32,000 nt of DNA from Geobacter metallireducens GS-15 (GTDB lineage Bacteria > Desulfobacterota > Desulfuromonadia > Geobacterales > Geobacteraceae). Location of the stretch: positions 3,960,001-3,992,000 of the forward strand of contig NC_007517.1 in the NCBI RefSeq assembly GCF_000012925.1, given 5' to 3'. Of this stretch, positions 1 through 10,400 are shown in pieces (position 1 is the first letter of the stretch; each line of letters starts with the position of its first letter). A program made the translations under genes and the position numbers. Below the pieces are notes generated by a model that worked only from the letters and a program-made list of their open reading frames with translations, ran no database searches and was not told the origin of the DNA.

Positions 1-985
1 AGAATAGTCCCGCCTCTTCAATGCAGGTAAACTTCCACAGTTGCTTCAGATCGTCTTTGAGCAGGTAGACCGTAAGGAGGCTGCGGTTTGCCTCCAACAG
101 TTCCTGGAGGCGAAGCATGTCGTCGCCCTTGACGTTCTCGCTGTTTCGTAGCAGCAACCACCGCGATGTTTTGACTACCTTCCGTGCCTTCTTGTCTTCC
201 TTCAGGCGGTTTGCCTCATCGACTCGCACCCTGTCGATCACTTCCCTGCCATACTTCGCCACCACATGGAACAGGTCGTAGACTATGTCTGCCTGGGGCG
301 AGTGCTGCTTGATTTCCTCCTCATATGATGCGTTCATATCCATCACGACCGCTTTGAGCCGTTTACAGCCATGTGGGCCAAGCTGCGTGAAGAAAGGACG
401 GATACTCTCGCGACTCCTGCCTTTGCCGATCCATAAGACTTCCTTACGGTATGGCTCGATGATAACCGTCGCATAGCGGTGCCCCTTGTGAAGGGCGAAC
501 TCATCCATCCCGAGAACTTCGATGTTTGAGAGGTCGACGGTGCCGACCCGCTCTGTGAGTGAGCGCTTGTCGATTTCCTTCACCTGGTCCCAAGAAAGCC
601 CCAGATACTGCGCCACGTGCTTCACAGACACGACACCACACAGTCGCGCTACGCTCTCTGCAAGCCTGCGCGTCACGCGGGCGTATTTCGCCAGCCATGA
701 CAGACGCTCCAGCGTTGGCCCACACTGAGGGCACAGCAGCCTGCGGCGGTGAACGATCAGATAAGTCTGAGCATCGAGAATCGGCAAATCTCGAATTACG
801 CGCTTGGTCGTTTCATGGACGCTTGTGCAACGCCCACCGCACGAGCCACACACCATCTCATCCTGGGACAGGGCAATCAGTTCTACCTCGATCCGTTTGG
901 CATCACTTGTGACGATAGTGCGTGCCCCAGCAACACGATATCCTTCCCACCCTCCCGCAATTGCGATAACATCGGAATACGACAA
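1..985 (-). CDS. ISL3-family transposase, N-terminal 328 codons (3' end beyond window)
   Basis: My own minus-strand translation from TTG at 985 (AGGAGG 6 nt upstream) is open to position 1. It reads LSYSDVIAIAGGWEGYRVAG..., with the zinc-finger pair CGSCGGRC...CPQCG, then LGMDEFALHKGHRYATVIIEP...MDMNASYEEE...VYDLFHVVAKYGREVIDRVR. This is typical of the zf-ISL3 / HTH / DDE_Tnp_ISL3 architecture. It is absent from the ORF track because no stop codon lies inside the window. Confidence 0.9.
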   Translation of the reverse strand, partial: MSYSDVIAIAGGWEGYRVAGARTIVTSDAKRIEVELIALSQDEMVCGSCGGRCTSVHETTKRVIRDLPILDAQTYLIVHRRRLLCPQCGPTLERLSWLAKYARVTRRLAESVARLCGVVSVKHVAQYLGLSWDQVKEIDKRSLTERVGTVDLSNIEVLGMDEFALHKGHRYATVIIEPYRKEVLWIGKGRSRESIRPFFTQLGPHGCKRLKAVVMDMNASYEEEIKQHSPQADIVYDLFHVVAKYGREVIDRVRVDEANRLKEDKKARKVVKTSRWLLLRNSENVKGDDMLRLQELLEANRSLLTVYLLKDDLKQLWKFTCIEEAGLF

Positions 986-1084
986 CGGCAGCCTCCTGCG
1001 ATCTTTTTTGGTTGGGGAACCATCAAGATACCGCAGTGCTGCCGTTGTTGTTTATTAATCTTCCCCGGAATTCCCTGAAGAACC
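1..1084 (-). mobile_element. ISL3-family insertion sequence, one end only (continues past window start)
   Basis: Carries an ISL3-type transposase gene. G+C is visibly lower than the flanking genes. Candidate terminal inverted repeat read inward from 1084 on the minus strand: GGTTCTTCAGGGAATTCCGGGG. The other end is outside the window, so IR pairing and the target duplication cannot be confirmed. Confidence 0.75.
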
Positions 1085-1101
1085 TAATTTTTTCACCGCA
1101 T

Positions 1102-2391
<1,290 letters not shown>

Positions 2392-2462
2392 TCAGGCATT
2401 AAAGCTATAGTTCTTAGCATCCGTATCCCCAAGAGTCAACCGTTTTCCCCCTCGGAGTCCCC

Positions 2463-3512
2463 ATGCGCCAGGTCCGGCTTATGCTTGCCGCCATCGTCAC
2501 CCTCCTTGCCGTCCCGGCCCTGGGCGCCGACGGAATCGTCATCACCTGCGTCGGCGACATCATGCTCGCCGGCAGCGCCACACCGACCCTCTCCCGGTCG
2601 GGATACGACTACCCCTTCGCGAAGACGGCCCAGGAACTTCGGCGGGGCGATATTGCCATGGGGAACCTGGAGGCCCCCCTTACGGAGCGCGGAACCGAGT
2701 ACCGGGACAAAACGTACCGTTTCCGGACAAACCCCATCGCTGCAGCAGCCTTGAAGCGGGCCGGCTTCTCGGTCCTCACCCTGGCCAACAACCACATGAT
2801 GGATTACGGAAATGAGGGACTCCAGGACACCCTGGCGACCCTCTCCCGCCACGGCATTGCCCACACGGGCGCCGGCGCGTCACTGGCCGAGGCCCGCCGG
2901 GAGGCGGTGGTCTCGGTGCGGGGGAAGCGGATCGCCTTCCTCGCTTATTCCCTCACCTTTCCGTCGGAGTTCTATGCTGGCCCGAACCGGCCAGGCACCG
3001 CCCCCGGCTACGCCCCCCATGTACGGGAGGATATCAGGCGGGCGAAGGCGGAGGCCGACTACGTGGTGGTCTCGTTCCACTGGGGGGCGGAACGGGCAGA
3101 GTTTCCGAAGCAGTACCAGACGGAGACTGCCCGATTGGCCATTGATGCCGGCGCCGACGCCATCATCGGCCACCACCCCCACGTGCTCCAGGGGATCGAA
3201 TTCTACCGGGGAAAGCCGATTCTCTACAGCCTCGGCAACTTCGCCTTCGGCAGCCGGAGCACCGCCGCCGATCGGAGCGTCATGGCACGGCTGACCCTCT
3301 CCGACGAAGAAACCTCCGTGGAACTGGTACCCCTGAACGTTCTGCACCGGGAGACCCGCTACCAGCCCGGCATCCTTGCGGGGCGCAAGGGAGCGGAGGT
3401 TATCGAGCGGCTGAACCGGCTGTCGCAACCGTTCGGCACGGTGATTTCGGGTTCTGCGGGGCGCTTCAGGGCAAGAACATCCGGAGCCGACCAGCGCATC
3501 GCCACCCGCTGA
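2463..3512 (+). CDS. CapA/PgsA-family metallophosphatase-like protein (poly-gamma-glutamate capsule synthesis family), secreted
   Basis: 349 aa. Signal peptide MRQVRLMLAAIVTLLAVPALGA. Calcineurin-like motifs GDIML, ANNHMMDYG, HWGAE, GHHPHV. Confidence 0.85.
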   Translation: MRQVRLMLAAIVTLLAVPALGADGIVITCVGDIMLAGSATPTLSRSGYDYPFAKTAQELRRGDIAMGNLEAPLTERGTEYRDKTYRFRTNPIAAAALKRAGFSVLTLANNHMMDYGNEGLQDTLATLSRHGIAHTGAGASLAEARREAVVSVRGKRIAFLAYSLTFPSEFYAGPNRPGTAPGYAPHVREDIRRAKAEADYVVVSFHWGAERAEFPKQYQTETARLAIDAGADAIIGHHPHVLQGIEFYRGKPILYSLGNFAFGSRSTAADRSVMARLTLSDEETSVELVPLNVLHRETRYQPGILAGRKGAEVIERLNRLSQPFGTVISGSAGRFRARTSGADQRIATR

Positions 3513-3534
3513 CGGGTTGGAAAGGAGGCGCGTC

Positions 3535-4089
3535 ATGCGCCTGTTCGTGGCAATCGATCTTCCCGACGAGGTCAAACGGTCAGTGGCTGATATCTGCCGG
3601 GGAGTCCCCGGAGTGCGGTGGCTTCCACCGGACCAACTCCATCTGACCCTCCGGTTCATCGGCGAGGAGGACGATGCCGTCGCTGCGGCGATCCGTCGCG
3701 GCCTGGCAGAGATCACCTCTCCCCCCTTCCCCCTTTCCCTCCAGGGGGTGGGCTGCTTCCCTTCCCCCCGGCGTCCGCGGGTTCTCTGGGTGGGGCTCAG
3801 CGGCGGAGCCCCCCTCCAGCAGCTCCAGCAGAAGGTTGAGGCGGCGATGGTAGCAGCCGGCATCCTTGCCGAAGAGCGCCCCTTCTCACCCCACATCACC
3901 CTGGCCCGCCTGAGGGAACACCGGGAGGGTGACGTCGCCCCCTTCCTGGCGCGGAATGCCTCCTTCCACTGCGAGCCGTTCACGGTCGACGCATTCCACC
4001 TCTATTCGAGCATCCTTGCCGCAAAGGGGGCCATCCACCGGCACGAGGCGAGCTATCCTCTTGCAGGGCGAATGGAGACGGCTGGCTGA
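3535..4089 (+). CDS. thpR: RNA 2',3'-cyclic phosphodiesterase / 2'-5' RNA ligase family (2H phosphoesterase)
   Basis: Two H-x-T/S-x motifs (HLTLRF, HITLAR). I prefer ATG 3535, preceded by AAAGGAGG, over the track's TTG at 3517. Confidence 0.85.
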   Translation: MRLFVAIDLPDEVKRSVADICRGVPGVRWLPPDQLHLTLRFIGEEDDAVAAAIRRGLAEITSPPFPLSLQGVGCFPSPRRPRVLWVGLSGGAPLQQLQQKVEAAMVAAGILAEERPFSPHITLARLREHREGDVAPFLARNASFHCEPFTVDAFHLYSSILAAKGAIHRHEASYPLAGRMETAG

Positions 4090-4118
4090 CGTTCGGGAGG
4101 GGCGAAACAGGGTTAAAG

Positions 4119-4151
4119 CACGGCCGCCATCCTGAGGGGATGGCGGCCGTG
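4119..4151. terminator. perfect 14-bp GC-rich hairpin between convergent thpR and dnaJ
   Basis: CACGGCCGCCATCC-TGAG-GGATGGCGGCCGTG. There is only a weak U-tract (CUUUAA) on the dnaJ side and none on the thpR side. Confidence 0.55.
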
Positions 4152-4164
4152 GTCATTGGAGGGA

Positions 4165-5283
4165 TCAGCTAAAGAGGTCCATGACCTTGTCGAAGAAGTT
4201 CTTCTTCATGGGGTGGGCGTCTTCGCCGCTGATGCGGGCGAATTCTTCAAGGAGCTCCCTCTGGCGCTTGTTGAGATTTGAGGGGGTCTCCACCTTGACG
4301 ACCACCATCTGGTCGCCCCGACCGTACCCCTGGAGTTGGGGAACCCCCTTGCCCCTGAGGCGGAATATCCTCCCCGACTGGGTACCCTCGGGGACTTTCA
4401 TGGAAACCTTGCCGTCAAGGGTCGGCACCTCCATCTCGCATCCCAGGGCCGCCTGGACGAAGCTGATGGGGATCTCGCAGATGACGTCGTTATCCTCCCG
4501 GGTGAAGATTGGATGCTCCTTCACGGCAATGGCCACGTAAAGGTCGCCGTTGCCCCCCCCTTTGGTCCCCTGCCCCCCCTCTCCGGTCATCTTGAGGCGG
4601 GTGCCGGTTTCGACGCCAGCCGGTACTTTCACCGAGAGGGTCTTGGTGTCCCGCACCATGCCGTTCCCCCGACAGGTGGGACACGGGTTCTCCACCACGC
4701 GTCCCTCGCCATTGCAGTGGCTGCAGGTCTTGCTGACGCTGAAAAACCCCTGCTGGAACCGGACCTGGCCGGCGCCGCGGCAGGTGGGGCAGACCTTGGG
4801 CTCGGTGCCGGGCTTGGCGCCGCTGCCGCCGCATTCGTCGCACCGCTTGCCGAAGGGTACCAGGATCTCCTTCTCCACCCCGAAGGCGGCCTCCTCGAAG
4901 GAGAGCTCCAGGTTGTACTGGAGATCGTCCCCCCGCCGTCCCCGGCTCCCCCGGGGACGCCCCCCGAAGATATCGCCGAAGATGTCCCCAAAGATGTCGC
5001 CAAAGGGAGTTCCGGCGCCGAAACCACCGAAGCCGCCAGAGGAAAAGCCGCCGGCCCCGAGGCCGGCATGACCGAACTGATCGTACTGGGCCCGCTTCTG
5101 GGAGTCGGAGAGAACCTCGTAAGCCTCGGTAATTTCCTTGAACTTCTCCTCGGACTCCTTGTCGCCGGGGTTCTTGTCCGGGTGGTACTGGATGGCCAGC
5201 TTGCGGAATGCCTTCTTGATCTCGGTGTCCGACGCGTTGCGGTGGACCTCGAGAACCTCGTAGTAGTCGCGTTTTTCTGCCAA
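4165..5283 (-). CDS. dnaJ: chaperone DnaJ (type I Hsp40)
   Basis: J-domain with HPDKN, a G/F-rich region, and four CxxCxGxG zinc-finger repeats ([32 protein letters not shown]). The start codon is TTG, preceded by AAAGGA. Confidence 0.97.
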   Translation of the reverse strand: MAEKRDYYEVLEVHRNASDTEIKKAFRKLAIQYHPDKNPGDKESEEKFKEITEAYEVLSDSQKRAQYDQFGHAGLGAGGFSSGGFGGFGAGTPFGDIFGDIFGDIFGGRPRGSRGRRGDDLQYNLELSFEEAAFGVEKEILVPFGKRCDECGGSGAKPGTEPKVCPTCRGAGQVRFQQGFFSVSKTCSHCNGEGRVVENPCPTCRGNGMVRDTKTLSVKVPAGVETGTRLKMTGEGGQGTKGGGNGDLYVAIAVKEHPIFTREDNDVICEIPISFVQAALGCEMEVPTLDGKVSMKVPEGTQSGRIFRLRGKGVPQLQGYGRGDQMVVVKVETPSNLNKRQRELLEEFARISGEDAHPMKKNFFDKVMDLFS

Positions 5284-5296
5284 GTGATATCCTTTA

Positions 5297-5366
5297 GGGC
5301 AAACGGCTCAGGGCCAGGGACGGCAGGGGGATATAACCGCCCCCTGCGCCCCTGGCCCCTTTGCCT
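5297..5366 (-). promoter_or_regulatory. long imperfect hairpin in the dnaK-dnaJ intercistronic spacer (attenuator or mRNA processing/stability element)
   Basis: GGGCAAA..GGGCCAGGG..GCAGGGGG / loop ATATAACC / CCCCCTGC..CCCTGGCCC..TTTGCC. The arms pair over about 30 positions with small bulges. Confidence 0.5.
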
Positions 5367-5385
5367 TCAGCCAGTGGTGTTTTGA

Positions 5386-7302
5386 TTACTTCTTGTCGTC
5401 CTTCACTTCTTCAAAGTCGGCATCCACCACCTTCTCGCCACCCTTGGCGCCGGTGTCGCCGTCGGCCTCGGCGCCCGGCTGGGCTCCGCCCTCGGTCTGG
5501 GTCTTGGCGTAGACCGCCTCGGCCAGTTTGTGGGATGCCTGGGTCAGGGCGTCGGTGGCCTGTTTGATGGCGTCGACGTCGTCCCCTTCCATGGCCTTCT
5601 TGAGGGCGGCCACGGCCTCTTCGATCTTCTTCTTCTCGTCGTCGCCGATCTTGTCGCCGTACTCCTTGAGGGACTTTTCGGTGGAGTAGGCCAGGGTGTC
5701 GGCATGGTTGCGGGCCTCGATCAACTCCCGCTTCTTCTTGTCATCGGCGGCGTGGGACTCGGCCTCCCGGACCATCTTGTCGATCTCCTCCTTGGAGAGG
5801 CCCGACGAAGCGGTGATCCGGATCGACTGCTCCTTGCCGGTGCCGAGGTCCTTGGCCGACACGTGGACGATGCCGTTGGCATCGATGTCGAAGGTGACCT
5901 CGATCTGGGGGACACCGCGGGGTGCCGGCGGGATGCCGGTCAGCTCGAAGTTGCCGAGGGTCTTGTTGTCGGAGGCCATCTCCCGCTCGCCCTGGAGGAC
6001 ATGGATGGTGACCGCCGGCTGGTTGTCGCTGGCCGTGGAGAAGACCTGGGATTTCCGGCACGGGATGGTGGTGTTCTTGTCAATGAGCTTGGTCATGACG
6101 CTGCCGAGGGTCTCGATCCCCAGGGAGAGCGGCGTCACGTCCAGCAGGAGCACGTCTTTCACATCGCCCCGGAGAACCCCGCCCTGGATGCCAGCGCCGA
6201 TGGCAACGACTTCGTCGGGGTTAACCCCTTTGTTGGGTGCCTTGCCGAAGATTTCCTGGACCCGCTTCTGGACGGCCGGCATCCGGGTCATGCCCCCCAC
6301 GAGGATCACCTCGTCCACCTCGGAGGGGGAGAGGCCGGCATCCTTGAGGGCGGTGCGGCAGGGACCTTCCAGCTTGTCGAGGAGCTCGGCGCAGAGGGCC
6401 TCCAGCTTGGCACGGGAGAGCTTCATGGTGAGGTGCTTGGGCCCGGTGGCGTCGGCGGTAATGAACGGCAGGTTGATGTCGGTCTCCATGGAGGAGGAGA
6501 GCTCGCACTTGGCCTTCTCCGCCGCCTCCTTCAGGCGCTGGAGGGCCATCTTGTCGCCGCGGAGATCAATCCCCTGGTCCTTCTTGAACTCGTCGGCGAT
6601 CCAGTCGATGACCCGCTGGTCGAAGTCCTCGCCCCCGAGGAAGGTGTCGCCGTTGGTGGACTTCACCTCGAACACGCCATCACCCAGCTCCAGGATGGAG
6701 ATATCGAAGGTACCCCCACCCAGGTCGAAGACGGCGATCTTCTCGTCCTTCTTCTTGTCGAGGCCGTAGGCCAGGGCCGCAGCGGTCGGCTCGTTGATGA
6801 TCCGCAGGACGTTGAGCCCCGCGATCTTGCCGGCGTCCTTGGTGGCCTGGCGTTGGGAGTCGTTGAAGTAGGCCGGCACGGTGATGACCGCGTCGGTGAC
6901 CGTCTCACCGAGGTAGTCCTCAGCGGTCTTCTTCATCTTCTGGAGCACGATGGCCGAGACCTCAGGGGGGGAGTACATCTTGCCCCGTACGTCCACCCAG
7001 GCGTCGCCGTTGTCGGCCTTGACGATCTTGAAGGGGGAGATGGAGATGTCCTTGCGGACCTCGTCGGTGTCGAACTTGCGGCCGATGAGGCGCTTGATGG
7101 CGAAGAGGGTGTTCTCCGGGTTGGTGACTGCCTGGCGCTTGGCCTGCTGTCCCACCAGACGCTCGCCGCTCTCGGCAAAGGCCACCATGGACGGCGTGGT
7201 GCGGCTCCCCTCGGAGTTGGCTATGACAACGGGCTCCCCCCCCTCCATGATGGCAACGCAGGAGTTGGTGGTACCCAGGTCGATACCGATGACTTTGCTC
7301 AT
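5386..7302 (-). CDS. dnaK: chaperone DnaK (Hsp70)
   Basis: 638 aa with [17 protein letters not shown] and [11 protein letters not shown] motifs. RBS AAAGGAGG lies upstream. Confidence 0.99.
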   Translation of the reverse strand: MSKVIGIDLGTTNSCVAIMEGGEPVVIANSEGSRTTPSMVAFAESGERLVGQQAKRQAVTNPENTLFAIKRLIGRKFDTDEVRKDISISPFKIVKADNGDAWVDVRGKMYSPPEVSAIVLQKMKKTAEDYLGETVTDAVITVPAYFNDSQRQATKDAGKIAGLNVLRIINEPTAAALAYGLDKKKDEKIAVFDLGGGTFDISILELGDGVFEVKSTNGDTFLGGEDFDQRVIDWIADEFKKDQGIDLRGDKMALQRLKEAAEKAKCELSSSMETDINLPFITADATGPKHLTMKLSRAKLEALCAELLDKLEGPCRTALKDAGLSPSEVDEVILVGGMTRMPAVQKRVQEIFGKAPNKGVNPDEVVAIGAGIQGGVLRGDVKDVLLLDVTPLSLGIETLGSVMTKLIDKNTTIPCRKSQVFSTASDNQPAVTIHVLQGEREMASDNKTLGNFELTGIPPAPRGVPQIEVTFDIDANGIVHVSAKDLGTGKEQSIRITASSGLSKEEIDKMVREAESHAADDKKKRELIEARNHADTLAYSTEKSLKEYGDKIGDDEKKKIEEAVAALKKAMEGDDVDAIKQATDALTQASHKLAEAVYAKTQTEGGAQPGAEADGDTGAKGGEKVVDADFEEVKDDKK

Positions 7303-7384
7303 GTTACTGTTCCTCCTTTAGTGTGTCTCTGAGACAGAACCTAGTTATCGCCCCGGTGAAAAACAAGGGGACGGCGAAAAAAAT

Positions 7385-7954
7385 CTACTTGGACACCGAA
7401 ACCATGGCAGGGCGGATCAGCCGCTCGTTCAGGAGGTACCCCTTCTGGAAGATCTCCACCACGCTGTTGGCCGGCACATCGGTGTTTTCCACCTGACACA
7501 TGGCCTGGTGAACCGCCGGATCGAAGGGGGTTCCCTTTTCGGCTTCCACAACCGTGACCCCAAACTTCTTCAGGGTGGACAGGAGCATGTTTAGGGTCAT
7601 CCGGACCCCCTCGATGACCGCCGAGGCACTATCATCATCGGAATGATCCAGGGCTCGCTCCATGTTGTCCACCACCGGGAGGATCTCTACGATAAGGCTT
7701 TCGTTGCCGTACTTGAGGAGCTCTTCCTTCTCCTTCTGGGTCCGCTTGCGGTAGTTCTCCAGGTCGGCCCGCTCCCGGACAAACTTATCCCAGTTGGCGG
7801 CCGCTTCGGCCTCCTTGGCGGCCAGGGCCTCCTCCAGCTCCTTCACTCGGTCGGCGGCGGCAGGTGCCCCTTCGGCTGCCGGGGCCACGGTTTCGGCTGC
7901 GGGCTCATCGGTATGGTGCGCTCCTGCGTGGGAGCCGTGCTTTTTTTTGTCCAC
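7385..7954 (-). CDS. grpE: nucleotide exchange factor GrpE
   Basis: 189 aa with a coiled-coil N-terminal half and a conserved GrpE C-terminal beta domain (...[14 protein letters not shown]). GTG start preceded by AAAGGAAAA. Confidence 0.95.
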   Translation of the reverse strand: MDKKKHGSHAGAHHTDEPAAETVAPAAEGAPAAADRVKELEEALAAKEAEAAANWDKFVRERADLENYRKRTQKEKEELLKYGNESLIVEILPVVDNMERALDHSDDDSASAVIEGVRMTLNMLLSTLKKFGVTVVEAEKGTPFDPAVHQAMCQVENTDVPANSVVEIFQKGYLLNERLIRPAMVSVSK

Positions 7955-7974
7955 GATGGTTTTCCTTTCTTACT

Positions 7975-9006
7975 CTACTCGTCTTCGAGCAGCTTGCTCA
8001 CAAGCTTCGCGGTGTAGTCGACGATGGGGATCACCTTGCCGTACCCCATGCGGGTCGGGCCGATCACCCCGAGGACGCCGAGGGTGTTTTTCCCCGACAC
8101 ATAGGCGGAGGTGATGACGCTCAACCCCTCCATGTGGTTCAGGTGGGTCTCGGAACCGATGAAAATCTGGACTCCCTGGGCCGAGATGCAGCGGTCCAGG
8201 AGGTTCACCAGCTGGTTCTTCTCCTCGAAAGCCCGGAACACATCCTTCATGCGCCCCACATCGGCGAATTCAGGCTGATCCAGAATGTTGGTCTGCCCTT
8301 CCATGAAGATCTGGGCGCTACCCTCCACGATGGTCTGCTCCGAAAGTTTGAGCGCCCGTGAGAAGAGCGTGTCGTAGAGGACCTTTTCGTTCCGCATCTC
8401 CTCCAGGATACGGGTCCGCACCTGGGCGACGGGAAGCCCCTGAAGAAGCTCGTTCAGGTAGTTGGACATCCGGACCAGGTCGGCCTCGGCGAACTCTTCC
8501 TCTGACTCGATGAGCCGGTTCTGGACCGCGCCGTTATCGGCCACCAGGATGGCCAGGATCCGGCGCCCCCCCAGCTTCACGAATTCCATGTGCCGGAGGG
8601 TGGTGGAGGAGAAGCGGGGAGCTAGGACAATCCCCATGTAGTGGGAAACCGACGACAGGAGCCGGGTCGTCTCGTGGAGGACCGCACCCATGTCGCGCCC
8701 CGCGCCGGTGTAGCGCTTCCGTATCCGCTCCCGCTCGGCCTTGTCGATGCGCCCCACCGCCAGAAGGGAATCCACGTAAAAACGGTACGCCCGGTCAGTG
8801 GGAACACGGCCGGCAGAGGTGTGGGGCGAGGTAAGGAGCCCCATCTCCTCCAGATCGGCCATGGCGTTGCGGACCGTGGCCGGCGACAGGTTGAGACCGT
8901 GCCGCCGCGTGACGGCCCGGCTTCCCACCGGCTCGGCGGTCACAATATAGTCCTCGATGATCGCCTCAAGGATCTTTTTATTGCGCTCTGAAAGCCCTTC
9001 TCCCAT
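7975..9006 (-). CDS. hrcA: heat-inducible transcription repressor HrcA
   Basis: 343 aa. N-terminal winged-helix region (LSERNKKILEAIIEDYIVTAEPVGSRAV) followed by the HrcA C-terminal domain. A CIRCE operator lies directly upstream. Confidence 0.96.
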   Translation of the reverse strand: MGEGLSERNKKILEAIIEDYIVTAEPVGSRAVTRRHGLNLSPATVRNAMADLEEMGLLTSPHTSAGRVPTDRAYRFYVDSLLAVGRIDKAERERIRKRYTGAGRDMGAVLHETTRLLSSVSHYMGIVLAPRFSSTTLRHMEFVKLGGRRILAILVADNGAVQNRLIESEEEFAEADLVRMSNYLNELLQGLPVAQVRTRILEEMRNEKVLYDTLFSRALKLSEQTIVEGSAQIFMEGQTNILDQPEFADVGRMKDVFRAFEEKNQLVNLLDRCISAQGVQIFIGSETHLNHMEGLSVITSAYVSGKNTLGVLGVIGPTRMGYGKVIPIVDYTAKLVSKLLEDE

Positions 9007-9025
9007 ACCGACCCCACAAAGAAGA

Positions 9026-9052
9026 TTAGCACTCAGAGTTGGTGAGTGCTAA
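9026..9052 (-). promoter_or_regulatory. CIRCE operator (HrcA binding site)
   Basis: Perfect consensus inverted repeat TTAGCACTC-N9-GAGTGCTAA, 19 nt upstream of the hrcA ATG. Confidence 0.93.
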
Positions 9053-9059
9053 CGGGGTA

Positions 9060-9088
9060 AAGGTAACAACGCCCCTCTTCTTTGTCAA
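9060..9088 (-). promoter_or_regulatory. putative sigma70-type promoter of the hrcA operon
   Basis: On the minus strand TTGACA (9088-9083), N17, TACCTT (9065-9060). This places the transcription start at the edge of CIRCE. Confidence 0.45.
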
Positions 9089-9110
9089 GGAGATTTCCGG
9101 AGATTTCCGG
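9089..9110 (-). repeat. exact tandem direct repeat (10 nt x2, plus 2 nt) abutting the hrcA -35
   Basis: Plus strand GG AGATTTCCGG AGATTTCCGG. Minus strand CCGGAAATCT CCGGAAATCT CC, immediately followed by TTGACA. Confidence 0.9.
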
Positions 9111-9122
9111 CAGTGGGACCGG

Positions 9123-10274
9123 TCAGAGAAAGGCCGCGAAGACCCGGTTTGAGAGGATTACCCCCCGGCGGGTGAGCCGCAGGCGCCCCCCCCCGCGCAC
9201 GAGGAGACCGGCGGCGCAGAACCCCTCGATGGCGGTGCCGTGGATCTCCATGAGGGGCCGGCCGAATTCCTCCCGAAACCGCGCTTCCTCGATTCCTTCG
9301 AGCATCCTGAGCCCCAGAAAGAGCCACTCGGCCATGGCGTCCTCTTCCGCAAGAAGGGCAATGTCCGTCTCGGGCAGAACCCCATCCGCCAGGGAGCATC
9401 CGTAGGTGCCGAGATCATCCGGGTTGCGCCAGCGGATGCCGGGGAACGGCTCCCGCAGGAACGAGTGGGCCCCGGCGCCGAACCCGAGATAATTCCACCG
9501 CCGCCAGTAGACCTGGTTGTGGCGGGAGCGGCGTCCCGGCAGAGCGAAGTTGGCAATCTCGTACTGTTCATAGCCGGCCGCCGCCAGGACCTCCGCCGTC
9601 TCCTCGAACATGGCGGCAGCGTCATCCTCGTCCGGAAGCGCCAATACACCCTGATCCTCCAGGCGGGCAAAGGGGGTTCCCTCCTCCACCGTGAGGCCGT
9701 AGGCGGAGATGTGCCCCGGCCGAAGGGCTGCCGCCATCCGGAGCTGGTCCCGCCAGTGGTCAAGACTCTGGTCCGGAAGCCCGTGGATGAGATCGATACC
9801 GATATTGTCGAAGCCGGCCCGGCGGGCCAGGGCAAAGGCGTCCTTCGCTTCCCGGGCCGTATGGACCCGGCCGAGGCGCTCCAGCATCCGGTCGTCGAAG
9901 GACTGGACCCCGAGGGAGAGGCGATTCACCCCAGCGCCCCGGTACCCCGCGAGGGAGTCGGCCGTGACGGTGCCGGGATTGGCTTCGAGGGTGATTTCCG
10001 CCGACGGATCGAGCCAGAAGAGGCGGGCGGCGCCATCGATGATATTCCCGACAAGGTCGGGCTCCAACAGCGACGGGGTTCCTCCTCCCAGATAGAGGGT
10101 GGTGGCGCGCAGTGGGGATGCCAGCGCGGCGGCCCGAAGTTCCATCTCCCGGAGGAGAAGCGCCGTGTACTCCCCGATCGCGAGGGGGGCTTCGTCCGTG
10201 GAAGCGAAGGCGCAGTAGAGACACTTGCGCACACAGAAAGGAATGTGGATGTAGAGGGCTGTCGTGTCGTCCAT
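9123..10274 (-). CDS. hemW: radical SAM heme chaperone HemW / oxygen-independent coproporphyrinogen III oxidase-like protein
   Basis: 383 aa with the radical SAM CxxxCxxC motif (CVRKCLYC) near the N-terminus and a HemN_C-like C-terminal domain. Confidence 0.9.
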   Translation of the reverse strand: MDDTTALYIHIPFCVRKCLYCAFASTDEAPLAIGEYTALLLREMELRAAALASPLRATTLYLGGGTPSLLEPDLVGNIIDGAARLFWLDPSAEITLEANPGTVTADSLAGYRGAGVNRLSLGVQSFDDRMLERLGRVHTAREAKDAFALARRAGFDNIGIDLIHGLPDQSLDHWRDQLRMAAALRPGHISAYGLTVEEGTPFARLEDQGVLALPDEDDAAAMFEETAEVLAAAGYEQYEIANFALPGRRSRHNQVYWRRWNYLGFGAGAHSFLREPFPGIRWRNPDDLGTYGCSLADGVLPETDIALLAEEDAMAEWLFLGLRMLEGIEEARFREEFGRPLMEIHGTAIEGFCAAGLLVRGGGRLRLTRRGVILSNRVFAAFL

Positions 10275-10400
10275 TTAGTGCCGATGATACGCCAGTTTTT
10301 ACGTGGAAGTCCAAACTTCTTTGGTTGAAAATGGCCCGGTATGCCGCTACACTAAACGGCGTTCCGCAGGCACCCCAAAAGGACCCGGAGGGAGATCGGC

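Noticed and set aside
5296-5305. AGGGCAAAC resembling the start of a GEMM-I (cyclic dinucleotide) riboswitch, a class abundant in Geobacter.
   Set aside because: It is on the non-transcribed (plus) strand relative to dnaK/dnaJ. It is simply one arm of the long dnaK-dnaJ palindrome, and the rest of the GEMM consensus (ACGCAAAGC etc.) is absent.
5530-7332. 600-aa plus-strand ORF antisense to dnaK. Similar long ORFs lie opposite or out of frame with known genes: 1240-2379, 2880-3983, 9240-10328, 10112-11083, 11297-12700, 13107-14792, 16575-18128, 20143-21174, 20693-22648, 22841-23839, 25930-26880.
   Set aside because: All lie entirely within strongly recognisable genes. Their translations are low-complexity Gly/Arg/Pro/Ala/Leu-rich strings with no motifs. 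Stop-codon-poor alternative frames are expected at this G+C, so these are shadow ORFs.
7340-7384. Possible terminator after grpE.
   Set aside because: Only a bulged 4-6 bp CCCC/GGGG pairing is present, and no U-tract follows. It is not convincing enough to list as a feature.
9186-9194. Homopolymer runs as possible phase-variation switches: C9 (G9 on the coding strand) inside hemW, C8 in dnaJ at 4553-4560, G8 at 27903-27910, T8 (A8 on the coding strand) at the grpE 5' end at 7941-7948.
   Set aside because: The coding runs simply encode Gly-Gly-Gly or Lys-Lys in essential housekeeping genes, as expected at this G+C. The intergenic G8 is a terminator stem arm. There is no contingency-gene context.
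10332-10344. TGGCCCGGTATGC, a sigma-54-like -24/-12 element upstream of the C-N hydrolase gene.
   Set aside because: The GG-to-GC spacing is 10 nt rather than the required 12, and the -12 region lacks TTGC.
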